Source: Polyangiaceae bacterium (lineage in GTDB: Bacteria; Myxococcota_A; Polyangia; Polyangiales; Polyangiaceae). From it: a DNA stretch of 64,000 nt. A program made the translations under genes and the position numbers. This document shows, one piece after another, positions 54,685 to 64,000 of the stretch. The stretch lies in assembly GCA_965222375.1 (NCBI GenBank), contig CBDCTZ010000016.1, forward strand, positions 3,136,001 through 3,200,000. The letters are read 5' to 3'. Position 1 is the stretch's first letter. The number at the start of each line of letters is the position of its first letter. The notes beneath the pieces were generated by a model that ran no database searches, was not told the origin of the DNA, and saw nothing but the letters and a program-made list of their open reading frames with translations.

Positions 54685-56688
54685 GTGCAAGCTGTAGAAG
54701 CGAGTTGGTTCGGGGAAGGGGACGGTGGTGAGTCCGAGCGCCTAGCCGAGCAGAGTATGGCCGCCATGGTCGGCCGGGTGCTCGGTGCCAAGCCGTTTCC
54801 TGAAGCCGCCCGGGAGCTCGACCAGCTCACCCGCTCTGAGGCTCACATCGACAAGGTCGTGCGCGTGCTAGAAAGCGACCCTGCGTTGAGCGCGCGGCTG
54901 CTGCGCCTGGTCAACTCCGCGGGCTACGCCCTGAGAATTCGCTGTACCTCCGTTCGCCACGCTGCCGCCTTAGTGGGCACCGCGCGCCTGCGTCAGGTCG
55001 CGACGACCGCAGCTATCCTGGACATGTTTGCGGCCGGGTCACAACGCGCCAGAGAAATCACGCGTCACGCGGCCACAGTGGGCTCCTTGTGTCGCTACCT
55101 GGCGGTGCACTTTGGTTTGCCCCGGGACGAGCTAGCCACCTGCGGCTTCCTGCATGACATCGGTAAGCTGATGCTGCTCGAGACCGAGGGCGCGGCGTAC
55201 TCCGAGTTGCTCAGCGCGACCGACTCCGCGGACCAAGTCCATGAGCTGGAGCGCGCCCGCTACGGCTTCGACCACGGGATGCTCGGCTCTCACGTGCTCG
55301 CGTCCTGGAACATCCCAGAGCCTGTGCCCCAGGTCGTGGCGTGGCACCACAGCCCGGCTCGCGCCATGAAGAAGGGCGGTCCCATCGCGTCCATGGTGCA
55401 GGTGCTGCGCTTGGCCGATCAATTGAGCCAAGCCCTACAGGAAGATCGATCCGGAGCGTGCGCTTGTGACATAGCGGCCAGTGAGGCCGCCCAGTACCTG
55501 GACATCTCCGAGCCTCAGCTTGCAGCGATGTGGCCTGAGCTAGTTGCCATCCACGACGAGAGTTGCAGTGGAGGTGCCGACGCCAGCCAGAACATTGCGC
55601 CGCGAACCAGCGTCTCACCTTCGCTGCGCTCCAAGCCCAAGCCCTCCAAGACACCGAAGCAGTTCCCCTGTGGCGTGTGTGAAAAGCCCTCCTTTGGCTC
55701 GACGTGTTCCGCCTGTGGGCACTACGTCTGCCCGGAGCACCAGGTAGGGCCCGACGCATGGTGCGCCAACTGTGCCGCTGAGTTCTCGCAGAGCGAAGAA
55801 GAGGCCTCCATCTCGGGCGAAACCCGCAACCTGCTGATCGTTGCGGGCCTGGTGCTGGCTGCGGTCGCCGCCATTTCGGCCTGGGTATCCGGTGCATCCA
55901 CGGCGGCGATCATCGTTTCACCGGTGCTGGTTTGGGCCGTTTTGGGGGTCGGCAGCGTCGTGGGGTTGGTCGCGTGGAAGCGCATGTCGTTCTTGCGCAG
56001 CCGTCGGCAGCTTCCCGAGTCGAGCTTGAAAGACCTGGACCCGATGCCCTCCGAATCGATCCCCGACGATGCTTGGACTGAGTCCGTGCGCTCCATCGCG
56101 CCGCCGGCGGAAAGCGATTCAACTACGTTGAACGACTTCGAGACTCGCGATACCCACGTCCACGAGCCTCCCACCGAGGTCGCCGAGCCCCCCAGCGAAG
56201 CTGCCGAATCGGTTCTTTCTCGGAACAGCACCCGCGCTTTCGCGCTGGGCGACGTATTTCCACAGTCCGCAATCACCGAACTCGACGCCGTCGGCGACGG
56301 GGAGTCCTTCCCCGAGCCGACCGAGCCGACCGAGCCGACCGAGCGGAAGTCGGAGGCAGCCGCGCTGGGGCGGCGCCCGTCGCAAAGCCCCGATACCAAA
56401 GAGAGCCCGCGAATCTCCCGTGGCGCGCGTGGTTACAACGACCCCGCGCCCGCCCTTTCGTCCTGCATGGCACCGTTTCCGTGGAAGGCGTGCTCGATGT
56501 TCTCTGACGCTCGCTCCCCCGAGGACGCCGTTCGCAGTCAGCCCACTCTGCCGGCACCACCGAGCAAGCCGGCCGCGAAAGAGACCCCCTCCTTCGCGTC
56601 CGTCGCAGCCTTCGAGCAGTGGGCCGAGTCCATGCCGCCCTCGGATATCGTCGTCACCGAAGAAGAGCGCGCGGCGGGTTGGATCTAG
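54685..56688 (+). CDS. HDOD-domain protein with zinc finger, two TM helices and a disordered tail
   Basis: DPALSARLLRLVNSA, LHDIGKL, WNIPE; CGVC-CSAC-CPEH-CANC; two hydrophobic segments. Confidence 0.85.
   Translation: MQAVEASWFGEGDGGESERLAEQSMAAMVGRVLGAKPFPEAARELDQLTRSEAHIDKVVRVLESDPALSARLLRLVNSAGYALRIRCTSVRHAAALVGTARLRQVATTAAILDMFAAGSQRAREITRHAATVGSLCRYLAVHFGLPRDELATCGFLHDIGKLMLLETEGAAYSELLSATDSADQVHELERARYGFDHGMLGSHVLASWNIPEPVPQVVAWHHSPARAMKKGGPIASMVQVLRLADQLSQALQEDRSGACACDIAASEAAQYLDISEPQLAAMWPELVAIHDESCSGGADASQNIAPRTSVSPSLRSKPKPSKTPKQFPCGVCEKPSFGSTCSACGHYVCPEHQVGPDAWCANCAAEFSQSEEEASISGETRNLLIVAGLVLAAVAAISAWVSGASTAAIIVSPVLVWAVLGVGSVVGLVAWKRMSFLRSRRQLPESSLKDLDPMPSESIPDDAWTESVRSIAPPAESDSTTLNDFETRDTHVHEPPTEVAEPPSEAAESVLSRNSTRAFALGDVFPQSAITELDAVGDGESFPEPTEPTEPTERKSEAAALGRRPSQSPDTKESPRISRGARGYNDPAPALSSCMAPFPWKACSMFSDARSPEDAVRSQPTLPAPPSKPAAKETPSFASVAAFEQWAESMPPSDIVVTEEERAAGWI
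56312..56344 (+). repeat. 9-bp in-frame tandem repeat (EPT)n
   Basis: CCGAGCCGA about 3.7 copies. Confidence 0.85.
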
Positions 56689-57344
56689 CTGCGAGCGTCC
56701 GCCCAATCGAGCAGTGACGCTTTGGGCACCGATGCGCCAAGGCTACTCGCCACGTCTCGGATGATGCGCGGCGACGCCGCTTCGACCGCCTCCCGCGTGT
56801 CCTCTGTCCAGGTTCGGAGTTGGGGCAAGTCCCGACGGGCCAGCGCCAGTCGTCTGCGGCCGCGAGTCGCGTAGTCGATGCGGCGAGCCACCGCGTCGGC
56901 GGAGGTGTGCGCCCGCTCGACGCCTCGACCGTGCAGTGATGCGACCACCGACAGCAGCGCCGGGCTTGGACAATGATCGACTAGCAAGTCGGACCCCGAC
57001 GCGACGCTCGCCAAGTAGTGCTCGCGACCATGTTCGTCGTCGTAGAGCCAGCCGTCGATCAAGAGTTCCACGCCGATATGTGCACTTGCCCGCGCGCTAC
57101 CACGAGACAACCCCAGCTTCTGCAAGCGCTCGAAGGCTGCCGAGCAGAGCCGGTGGAAGTCCGAGTGCCGGTGGAATACGTCATCAGCGCGTTCATGACA
57201 GTCAATGCCACGCCCCACCATGCCACCCACCTCCAGCGGCTTGTCACCCGCCATTCGACACAAGTCGGGCAACATCGAGCCCAGCACGAAGCCCCGCTCT
57301 GGCGAGACCCAGCTGGCGACGACCGCGTGGGAGTAGAAGTTCAT
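56685..57344 (-). CDS. AcpH-like (ACP phosphodiesterase) metal-dependent hydrolase
   Basis: MNFYSH, GSMLPD, GIDCHERADDVFH, HIGVELLIDG. Confidence 0.6.
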   Translation of the reverse strand: MNFYSHAVVASWVSPERGFVLGSMLPDLCRMAGDKPLEVGGMVGRGIDCHERADDVFHRHSDFHRLCSAAFERLQKLGLSRGSARASAHIGVELLIDGWLYDDEHGREHYLASVASGSDLLVDHCPSPALLSVVASLHGRGVERAHTSADAVARRIDYATRGRRRLALARRDLPQLRTWTEDTREAVEAASPRIIRDVASSLGASVPKASLLDWADARS

Positions 57345-58048
57345 CAGCGGGGGTCCAAGAGCCGATCCACCATGGCTTTCGTCTCATCGGAAACCCAGAC
57401 CGGCAGCCCGTGGGTCAGGAAGTCTACTTTCTCTCTGGTAGTGCAGCTCAGCTCTCCACTGCGCAAGTCACGCTTGTTCGCTGCGTAGGCGACCGGCGGA
57501 TGTTTCGCCATCGCCCCCAAGCGTTCCCCGGCGATCTCGCTCGCGTTAGGACCGACCTCGTCGACCAAGCCTAGCTCGAGGGCGGCGTCTGCGTCGTACA
57601 GCAGTGCGCCCAACACGATCTGCTCTCGATTGCGCACCGAGAGGCGGGCCTTGGCCAGCCGCGCGACTACTGGCGGTAGCGGCAAGCCAATTGCAGTTTC
57701 GTTGAGACCGATGCGTCCGCCGCTCTCCGAATTCATCACTCGGTAGTCGCAGGCGAGCGTCGCTACGCAGCCGCCCGCAATGGCGTGGCCGTTGACGAGG
57801 GCCACAGTCGGACCCGGGTATTCATACAGCTCCACCACGAGCGAATCCAGACGCTCCAAGAACTCCCGCGCCGAGTCCAGCGTGAAGTCTCGCACCTCTT
57901 TCAGATTCAATCCGGCACTGAAGGCATCACCGGCGCCAGTGAGCAGCACGGGTTGACTGTCGGCCTCTTTCAGGGCCTCCCGAGTTCTTTGGATCAAGTC
58001 GGTGCTGAGAGCGTTCTTCCCGGGGGCGTCGAGAATGATTTCCTTCAC
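57344..58048 (-). CDS. Enoyl-CoA hydratase/isomerase family protein
   Basis: AFSAGLNLKE, VNGHAIAGG, IGLNETAIG, ALELGLVDE. Confidence 0.9.
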   Translation of the reverse strand: MKEIILDAPGKNALSTDLIQRTREALKEADSQPVLLTGAGDAFSAGLNLKEVRDFTLDSAREFLERLDSLVVELYEYPGPTVALVNGHAIAGGCVATLACDYRVMNSESGGRIGLNETAIGLPLPPVVARLAKARLSVRNREQIVLGALLYDADAALELGLVDEVGPNASEIAGERLGAMAKHPPVAYAANKRDLRSGELSCTTREKVDFLTHGLPVWVSDETKAMVDRLLDPR

Positions 58049-58258
58049 GTTCTTTCCTCCTTGGCACTGAGAGCAGATCCCAAAACCTACTCGCGGTTGC
58101 TTTCCGCCGGGGGGGCCGTCTGCGGCGTTGACGCTCCTCGAAATACTCTGGGTATTCCTTCGTCGCGCCGCTTTGCATCCGGTACCGCCGCGGCTCGAAA
58201 TCAGCTCTCTCGAGGTTCGGAGGTCTGCTCTAGCCGTGGAGCGTACACTAGCCTCCGG

Positions 58259-59446
58259 ATGCGAGCACCCTCTCCGAAGCAGCGCTTGGGCACCCTGGTC
58301 GAAACCTACTCGGCGCTGCGCGACATCATTGATGGGCGGGTGGTCGAGCCCGTGCCCCCCGAGTGGTGCGTGCGCCGTGGGCTGAGCGAGTACCTGCTGT
58401 CTCTGAGCGACGAGGCGCTGCTGCTAGCTGAGACTCAGGGCCTGGCGCGAGTTCGGGACCGCTTGCCGCCAGCACCGGCGGAACTCACGAAGATCTGCGA
58501 CTGGGTGCAGAGCCAGCATGACGCCTGGGAGCGACTCGATGTCGTCGAGCGTCCCTTGGAAACCACTCACGTCAACGCGCGCAAACGAGTGCAGATTGCG
58601 ACCTTCGTTAGCCATGCAACTCGCCGACTGCCCAAGCCGCGCCGCGTCGTGGACGTCGGCGCGGGCCTCGGACATCTCACCCGCGCCCTTGCGGACAGCA
58701 TGCAGGTCGAAGCTATCGGCGTGGACGTGGATAGTGCCCGCTCCAAGCGGGCTGCGGTTCTGTCCGCCGGGCGCGTGCGCTTCGACGCCAAGGACGCGCG
58801 CACGACGCCGGTGATCGGATATGGGGACTTTGCCGTGGGGCTTCACGCCTGCGGCGATCTCGGCGACGCCATGCTTCGTCAAGCCGCCGACGTTCGCGCC
58901 CACGTCATGCTCGTCTCATGTTGTCTACAGAAAGTGCGTGCCCCCCAGCGTCCTGCGCTTTCGCTCACGGGTCAGCAGGCCGGCCTGGTGTTTTCCAAGC
59001 TGTCTCTGGGGCTATCCAACCTGAGCAATTGGGAAGAGCCAGAGAAGATCCAAGCCATTCACCTGGGGCGTAAGACCCGCCATGCCCTCAAACGGTTGCT
59101 ACGAGCTCGGGGCGAGCAAGTTGCCACCGGCGAGGAGACCCACGGCGTGCACCGTCGCAAGTTTCGCCGGGGCTTGGCCGAGGCTGCACGTCTGGCCTGC
59201 GCGCGGCGAGGGCTGTCACCGCCAACTGAAGAAGAAGTCCAGTACTTCGAAGGCCTTGCTGACCAACACTATGCGGTGATGCGCCGTCTTAGCCTGCCCC
59301 GCGCCATGTTGGGGCGTGTCGTCGAATGCGCGGTGGTGCTCGACCGTGGCGCGTTTCTAGAAGAGGCCGGCTACCAAGTCGATCTGGGCGTTCTAGTGCC
59401 GAATGAAGTGACGCCCCGAAACTTGGCGATCATCGCGCGAGCCTGA
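58259..59446 (+). CDS. SAM-dependent methyltransferase (METTL25/RRNAD1-like)
   Basis: RKRVQI, VDVGAGLGHL, GLHACGDL, SCC, TPRN. Confidence 0.8.
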   Translation: MRAPSPKQRLGTLVETYSALRDIIDGRVVEPVPPEWCVRRGLSEYLLSLSDEALLLAETQGLARVRDRLPPAPAELTKICDWVQSQHDAWERLDVVERPLETTHVNARKRVQIATFVSHATRRLPKPRRVVDVGAGLGHLTRALADSMQVEAIGVDVDSARSKRAAVLSAGRVRFDAKDARTTPVIGYGDFAVGLHACGDLGDAMLRQAADVRAHVMLVSCCLQKVRAPQRPALSLTGQQAGLVFSKLSLGLSNLSNWEEPEKIQAIHLGRKTRHALKRLLRARGEQVATGEETHGVHRRKFRRGLAEAARLACARRGLSPPTEEEVQYFEGLADQHYAVMRRLSLPRAMLGRVVECAVVLDRGAFLEEAGYQVDLGVLVPNEVTPRNLAIIARA

Positions 59447-59448
59447 AG

Positions 59449-61434
59449 CTATTCGCCGGCGTCCCCTTCGGGGGCCACCACGGCCAAGACCACATCCGCG
59501 TCCACCTGATCGCCCTCGGACACGTCGAGGGCTGTCACCTTGCCCTCATGGGCGGCCTTCACGCTGTGCTCCATCTTCATTGCTTCAAGGATGACGAGGG
59601 TCTGCCCAGCCTCGACTTCGTCGCCCACGGCAACTTCCACCCGAACCACCTTGCCCGGCATGGGCGCAACGCAGGCACCCGCAGCGGCGCCACTGTCCTT
59701 CACCGGAAAACGCGGCTGCTCTTGGAGCGCAAAAGCGGCGCCGTCGAGCTGCACGAACCAAGTGTCCCGCCAACTGCCCACGCTTACTCGGCGCACCACG
59801 CCGTCAGAGGCCTCGAAGCTGAGCGACGCGCCATCTCTCTTTACCCGTCGGACCACGCTTTCCTGATCGCCCACCCACAGCGCAACCTCTTGCCCCCGAG
59901 GAACGTACTCGACCTTCAGTTCGGTGCTGCCACAGCGATAGGAGACGCGTTCAGCGCTGAAGCGGTTGTTGGAGTAACCCGGGGTCAGCCCCGGCAAGCG
60001 GGTTTGCGACGCTTGGCGTAGGTCCCGAGCGTAGAGCGTCGCGGCGATGGCCGCCCAGGGCAAGAGCTGCTCCCGCGCCGCACTGGGCCGCAGGGACTCT
60101 TGATGTTCATCGATGAAGTGCGTGTGGGAGTTGCCTGCACCAAACTCCGGATGCCCCAATACGCGACCGAGGAACTCGCGGTTGGTCACCACGCCCAACA
60201 CCACCAAGCGGTCCAGGGCTCCCCGCAACCGGCGAATCGCGTCGCCCCGCGTGTCGCCGTGAGCGATCACCTTCGCGAGCATGGGATCATAGTGGATGCC
60301 GATCTCCGACCCGGCTTCGATACCACTATCCATGCGGACCCCGTCAGGCTCTCGATACTCGACCACGTGCCCCGTCGTGGGCAAAAAGCCCGCGTCGGCA
60401 TCCTCTGCGTACAGCCGCACTTCGATCGCTGCCCCGCGGATGCGCAGCTCGTCTTGAGTGAACGACAGCGGCCGCCCTTCCGCGATACGCAATTGCTCGG
60501 CGACGAGATCGACTCCCGTCGTGAGCTCGGTTACCGGGTGCTCCACCTGCAGCCGGGTGTTGACCTCCAAAAAGTAGAACTCGCCATCCGGCGCCAGAAT
60601 GAACTCCACGGTGCCCGCGTTGGTGTAGTCCACGGCGCGACCCACGCTGACCGCTGCCGCGCCCATGCGCTCCCGAAGCGCGGTGTCCACAGCCGGCGAG
60701 GGCGCCTCTTCCACGATCTTCTGGTGGCGCCGCTGAATCGAACATTCTCGCTCGAAGAGGTGCACCAAGTTGCCGTGGCTATCGCCGAGGATCTGCAGCT
60801 CCACGTGGCGCGGCTTGTCGATGTACTTCTCGATCAAGATCGTTTCATCACCGAAGGCGCTTTTGGCTTCGCGCTTGCCCGCCTCGATGGCGTGGGTCAG
60901 CTCGTCTTCGGAGCGTACGATGCGCATGCCCTTGCCGCCGCCACCCGCGCTCGCCTTGATCAACACTGGGAAGCCAACAGTCTTGGCCGATTCGCACAGC
61001 GCCTTCACACTCTGGTCCGAGGCGTCGCCACCAGGAATCACGGCCACGCCAGCTTCGCTGACCAAGCGTTTTGCCTCGCGTTTGAGGCCCATGGCGCGGA
61101 TCGCTTTCGGGCTTGGCCCCACCCAAGTGAGCCCCGCATCCACTACGGCCTGGGCGAAGTCAGCGTTCTCCGCCAGGAAGCCGAAGCCAGGGTGGATCGC
61201 ATCAGCGCCAGTACGCTTGGCTGCGTCGACGATGCGCTCCACCTTCAAGTAGCTCTCGCTACTCGCGGCGGGCCCGATCCTCACCGCCATGTCTGCACTA
61301 CGAACGAAGGGCGCGTCCGCGTCCGCGTCGGAAAAAACCGCGACCGTGCGAATGCCCATGTCTCGGGTCGTGCGTTGGATGCGCGACGCGATCTCACTCC
61401 GATTCGCGATCAGCAGACACTGAATTTCAGGCAT
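59449..61434 (-). CDS. Acyl-CoA carboxylase alpha subunit (biotin carboxylase plus biotin carrier)
   Basis: LIANRSEIA, GGGGKGM, ERECSIQRRHQK, EVNTRLQVEHP, EAMKME. Confidence 0.95.
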   Translation of the reverse strand: MPEIQCLLIANRSEIASRIQRTTRDMGIRTVAVFSDADADAPFVRSADMAVRIGPAASSESYLKVERIVDAAKRTGADAIHPGFGFLAENADFAQAVVDAGLTWVGPSPKAIRAMGLKREAKRLVSEAGVAVIPGGDASDQSVKALCESAKTVGFPVLIKASAGGGGKGMRIVRSEDELTHAIEAGKREAKSAFGDETILIEKYIDKPRHVELQILGDSHGNLVHLFERECSIQRRHQKIVEEAPSPAVDTALRERMGAAAVSVGRAVDYTNAGTVEFILAPDGEFYFLEVNTRLQVEHPVTELTTGVDLVAEQLRIAEGRPLSFTQDELRIRGAAIEVRLYAEDADAGFLPTTGHVVEYREPDGVRMDSGIEAGSEIGIHYDPMLAKVIAHGDTRGDAIRRLRGALDRLVVLGVVTNREFLGRVLGHPEFGAGNSHTHFIDEHQESLRPSAAREQLLPWAAIAATLYARDLRQASQTRLPGLTPGYSNNRFSAERVSYRCGSTELKVEYVPRGQEVALWVGDQESVVRRVKRDGASLSFEASDGVVRRVSVGSWRDTWFVQLDGAAFALQEQPRFPVKDSGAAAGACVAPMPGKVVRVEVAVGDEVEAGQTLVILEAMKMEHSVKAAHEGKVTALDVSEGDQVDADVVLAVVAPEGDAGE

Positions 61435-61626
61435 GTCAGCGGCGGCATCCTATCCTGCTTTGCCGGAGAGTTGTCCACCGCATCCAGCCTGGAAAAACGC
61501 GCGACCAGCGCTTTCCTATCCCTGGGTAGACCCCAGAAGATCCCCAGGTTTTCCCCAATGCGCAGGCGGGATCTGAGCGGCACCGGCGTTGCGACCCGGG
61601 CCGGTACTGGTCTATCAGGAGCGCCC

Positions 61627-62319
61627 ATGGCCGGCAGCTCGCAGTTTTCCGTCGAGCTTACCTACGCGAAGAGTCTGTCACCCCGCGTGCGTGGATTGAC
61701 CTTGCGCGCTTTGGGGTCGCCGCCCTTCGAGTGGCGTCCGGGACAGCACGTGAAGGTCGCGTTCCAAGAGTCTGCGCCAGCCTACCCGTACTCCATCGCG
61801 TCTGCGCCCAACGCCGAGCGGCCAGGTGAATTCGAACTCGCCATCTCCCGTTCTCCAGCCGCGCCAGATCTCGCAGTCGGCGCCGTGCTCCAGGCCGAGG
61901 GCCCCTTCGGATCGCTTTTGCGGCGCGAGCCCCGCGGCGCCCCCGTCCTCTTGGTGGCTGGCGGAACCGGCCTCGCCCCCTTGCGTGCATTGCTCCAAGA
62001 CGACATTGCCCGAGGCGGAGAGCACGCCGTCACGCTGCTTTTCGGTTGCCGCAACGAAGCTGAGATCTTGTGGCGCAAAGAGCTCGAGGCATTGAACGAT
62101 TCCGAGCCCCGCTTCACCTTCGAGCCCAGCCTATCCCGCGCCGAAAACGGCTGGACCCGTCGCCGCGGCTACGTCCAGAAGCACCTCGCAGAGATCTTGG
62201 ATCGCATGCCCGACGCCGAAGTGTACCTCTGCGGTCTGCCCGAAATGGTCCGAGATTGCCGCGCTCTGCTCGAAGGGCGCGGCACCCCAGCCGAACTCGT
62301 CATCGGCGAAGCCTATTAG
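61627..62319 (+). CDS. FAD/NAD(P)-binding ferredoxin reductase-like oxidoreductase
   Basis: PGQHV, YSIAS, GPFG, AGGTGLAP, YLCGLPEMV. Confidence 0.88.
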   Translation: MAGSSQFSVELTYAKSLSPRVRGLTLRALGSPPFEWRPGQHVKVAFQESAPAYPYSIASAPNAERPGEFELAISRSPAAPDLAVGAVLQAEGPFGSLLRREPRGAPVLLVAGGTGLAPLRALLQDDIARGGEHAVTLLFGCRNEAEILWRKELEALNDSEPRFTFEPSLSRAENGWTRRRGYVQKHLAEILDRMPDAEVYLCGLPEMVRDCRALLEGRGTPAELVIGEAY

Positions 62320-62431
62320 TTTGGGTTTTTGGGGGTCGAGCACTGGGGCGGCCCTGGTGCCCTAATCTCGCACCTGCACCCGCGGTGCATGGACGCGCGC
62401 GTCGCCGACGTGAGTGGCTCCCTTCGCCGCC

Positions 62432-62541
62432 GTAGCCTAAGCTCAGAGCTACTGACATGCGTTGGCTGCTGCTCCACATCCAGCGGCGTGACGCCGTTGT
62501 TGAGGTAGCCTAAGCTCAGAGCTACTGACATGCGTTGGCTG
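62432..62541 (+). repeat. Two perfect 37-bp direct repeats separated by 36 bp
   Basis: GTAGCCTAAGCTCAGAGCTACTGACATGCGTTGGCTG at 62432-62468 and 62505-62541. Confidence 0.9.
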
Positions 62542-63255
62542 AGCACTGTCGGCGTTGCCGCGGTAGTTGTCTTCCTGGGCGCCTCCTGCTCCCGCAGACC
62601 GCCGCCTCCTTCCCGAAACAGCGTCGCCTCTTCCGCCCCGGCCATCGCTGGCCCCACCGAATCCGCTCCTGCCGCGCGGCCGTCGTCGAGCCCGCTAGAT
62701 CGGCGCGTGCGGCGTTTCCTCGACGACAACCGGGAGTCATGGCGCGACTTCAACGTGCCCTACGAAGATGGGCGCGTGCTGCATGACCTGGTAGTTCGGG
62801 GAAAGTTCCGCTCGATTCTCGAAGTCGGCACGTCGACCGGGCACTCGACGGTGTGGCTGGCGTGGGCGGCGAGCAAGACCGGTGGCAAGGTGCAGACTAT
62901 CGAGATCGACAAGCGCCGCTACGACATTGCCCTCGCCAACGTCGAGAAAGCCGGTCTCAGCTCCTACGTCGAGGCCTTCCACGCCGATGCCCACGAGTTG
63001 GTGAAGACGCTCCCCGGGCCCTTCGACTTCGTATTCTCTGACGCGGACAAGGCCTGGTACATCCAGTACTTCGAGGACGTTCACCCGCGCATTTCGCCGG
63101 GGGGCTGTATCGCTGCGCACAATGCTCTGAACGGCTTCAGCGGCGTCGACCGCTACATCGCGCACGTGAAAAGGCACCCAGCCTACGTGACTCGAATCGA
63201 ACGGTCGAGTCCGTCCGGCTTCGCAATCAGCTGCAAGAAGCCGGCGTCAAATTGA
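62530..63255 (+). CDS. O-methyltransferase family protein with lipoprotein-like N-terminus
   Basis: LGASC, LEVGTSTGHS, FDFVFSDADK, AHN. Confidence 0.88.
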   Translation: MRWLSTVGVAAVVVFLGASCSRRPPPPSRNSVASSAPAIAGPTESAPAARPSSSPLDRRVRRFLDDNRESWRDFNVPYEDGRVLHDLVVRGKFRSILEVGTSTGHSTVWLAWAASKTGGKVQTIEIDKRRYDIALANVEKAGLSSYVEAFHADAHELVKTLPGPFDFVFSDADKAWYIQYFEDVHPRISPGGCIAAHNALNGFSGVDRYIAHVKRHPAYVTRIERSSPSGFAISCKKPASN

Positions 63256-63556
63256 GCGCGACGGGCTTGACCCAGGCACGGCCCTTGTTCGTATGCTGTG
63301 CTCGAGACAAACGCAGCACCAGTGTCGTGGCCCTCAAAGAACCCCGAAGCGCTGCTCGCTCCATTCCTCAGACGTTGCTAGCCGCACTGAGGGGAACAAG
63401 CCTCTTGGCACTTTCGCACGCGTCGTGTCCGTTACGGTGCGCTTCTTCATTGGTTGCTGATTGTCCGAGGGTGGCTCAGAGTGGCGCCTACGGGAGGGAA
63501 GGCACGAGAGTAGTGCCCCAACGCCGCCCCAGGGATGCGACCCAAACAACAGCAAC

Positions 63557-63964
63557 TCAACCTCGCGGGCGCACGCTTCGGGGACCGATCACGATGGCCC
63601 CAAGTCTCTCGACGCGAGCCGATAGCTCGCGGTCGGCAGTCGCGACGAAACACGGCTGGTCTTCGAACGAGTCGCCCACGACCTCGACGATGGTGTCGTC
63701 TCCGGATCCGGGCGACGCCACGACACGGACCCCCGGCACGCCAGCCACGCTCTTGGCGGCGCCTTCGACGACCAACACGACATCGATTGGGCCCACGCGC
63801 AACGCATCCGGAGCGCGTCTTGCGTCGAGGCCGTGCGAGGCGACCGCCGCCAGGCTGTCTCGCAGCCGGACCGTGGCGCCCACGCGATCGCGCCACCAGC
63901 CGTCGGGAACGGAACCGACGACGTTCGCGGCGTCGACCACGAGCAGTGGAGCGTCATCAGCCAT
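63557..63964 (-). CDS. PIN/NYN-like domain protein
   Basis: LVVDAANVVG, GSGDDTIV, VATADREL. Confidence 0.7.
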   Translation of the reverse strand: MADDAPLLVVDAANVVGSVPDGWWRDRVGATVRLRDSLAAVASHGLDARRAPDALRVGPIDVVLVVEGAAKSVAGVPGVRVVASPGSGDDTIVEVVGDSFEDQPCFVATADRELSARVERLGAIVIGPRSVRPRG

Positions 63965-64000
63965 GAGTCAGTCTACCCGTGGAACTCGCTAGCGTGCGTT

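Noticed and set aside
60100..61626. Long N-terminal extensions in the ORF track (60100, 54274, 57785, 7329, 14194)
   Set aside because: They overlap genes on the other strand or promoter regions; downstream starts match domain boundaries
62432..62541. CRISPR array
   Set aside because: Only two repeats, the second includes a gene start, and there are no cas genes or leader; kept only as an unexplained repeat
1..64000. tRNA or rRNA genes
   Set aside because: No cloverleaf or rRNA signature recognised by eye; a tRNAscan/Infernal run would be needed to exclude them fully

Overview
High-GC bacterial DNA. Protein style (DAG-rich Cys lipoprotein, IS21 variant, Bdellovibrio-like flagellin ends) suggests Myxococcota, possibly Polyangiaceae; this is inference. 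In order: an arsR-gapdh-arsJ arsenate-resistance operon (1-2.2 kb); a chemosensory operon cheA-cheW-soluble triple-PAS MCP-cheB-cheR (2.4-9.4 kb); an internally deleted IS21 relic; divergent cheX, a CheX-like fusion and cheY; a nearly complete flagellar cluster of about 40 kb (14-54 kb); and housekeeping genes (56.7-64 kb). The cluster has two minimal flagellins, maf, csrA/fliW, L/P rings, the full export apparatus, fliA/flgM and a FleQ-like sigma54 activator. It has no motAB, flgF or flhG. FliK is very short, FliM lacks the CheY-binding peptide and FliP lacks a signal peptide. Much of the regulation can be read from the DNA: 11 sigma28-like promoters, 8 sigma54-like promoters (5 apparently leaderless), FleQ-like GTCA-N6-TGAC boxes and DnaA-like boxes. 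These tie several unannotated genes to the flagellar regulon. No rRNA, tRNA or true CRISPR array was seen. All calls are by eye, without database searches.
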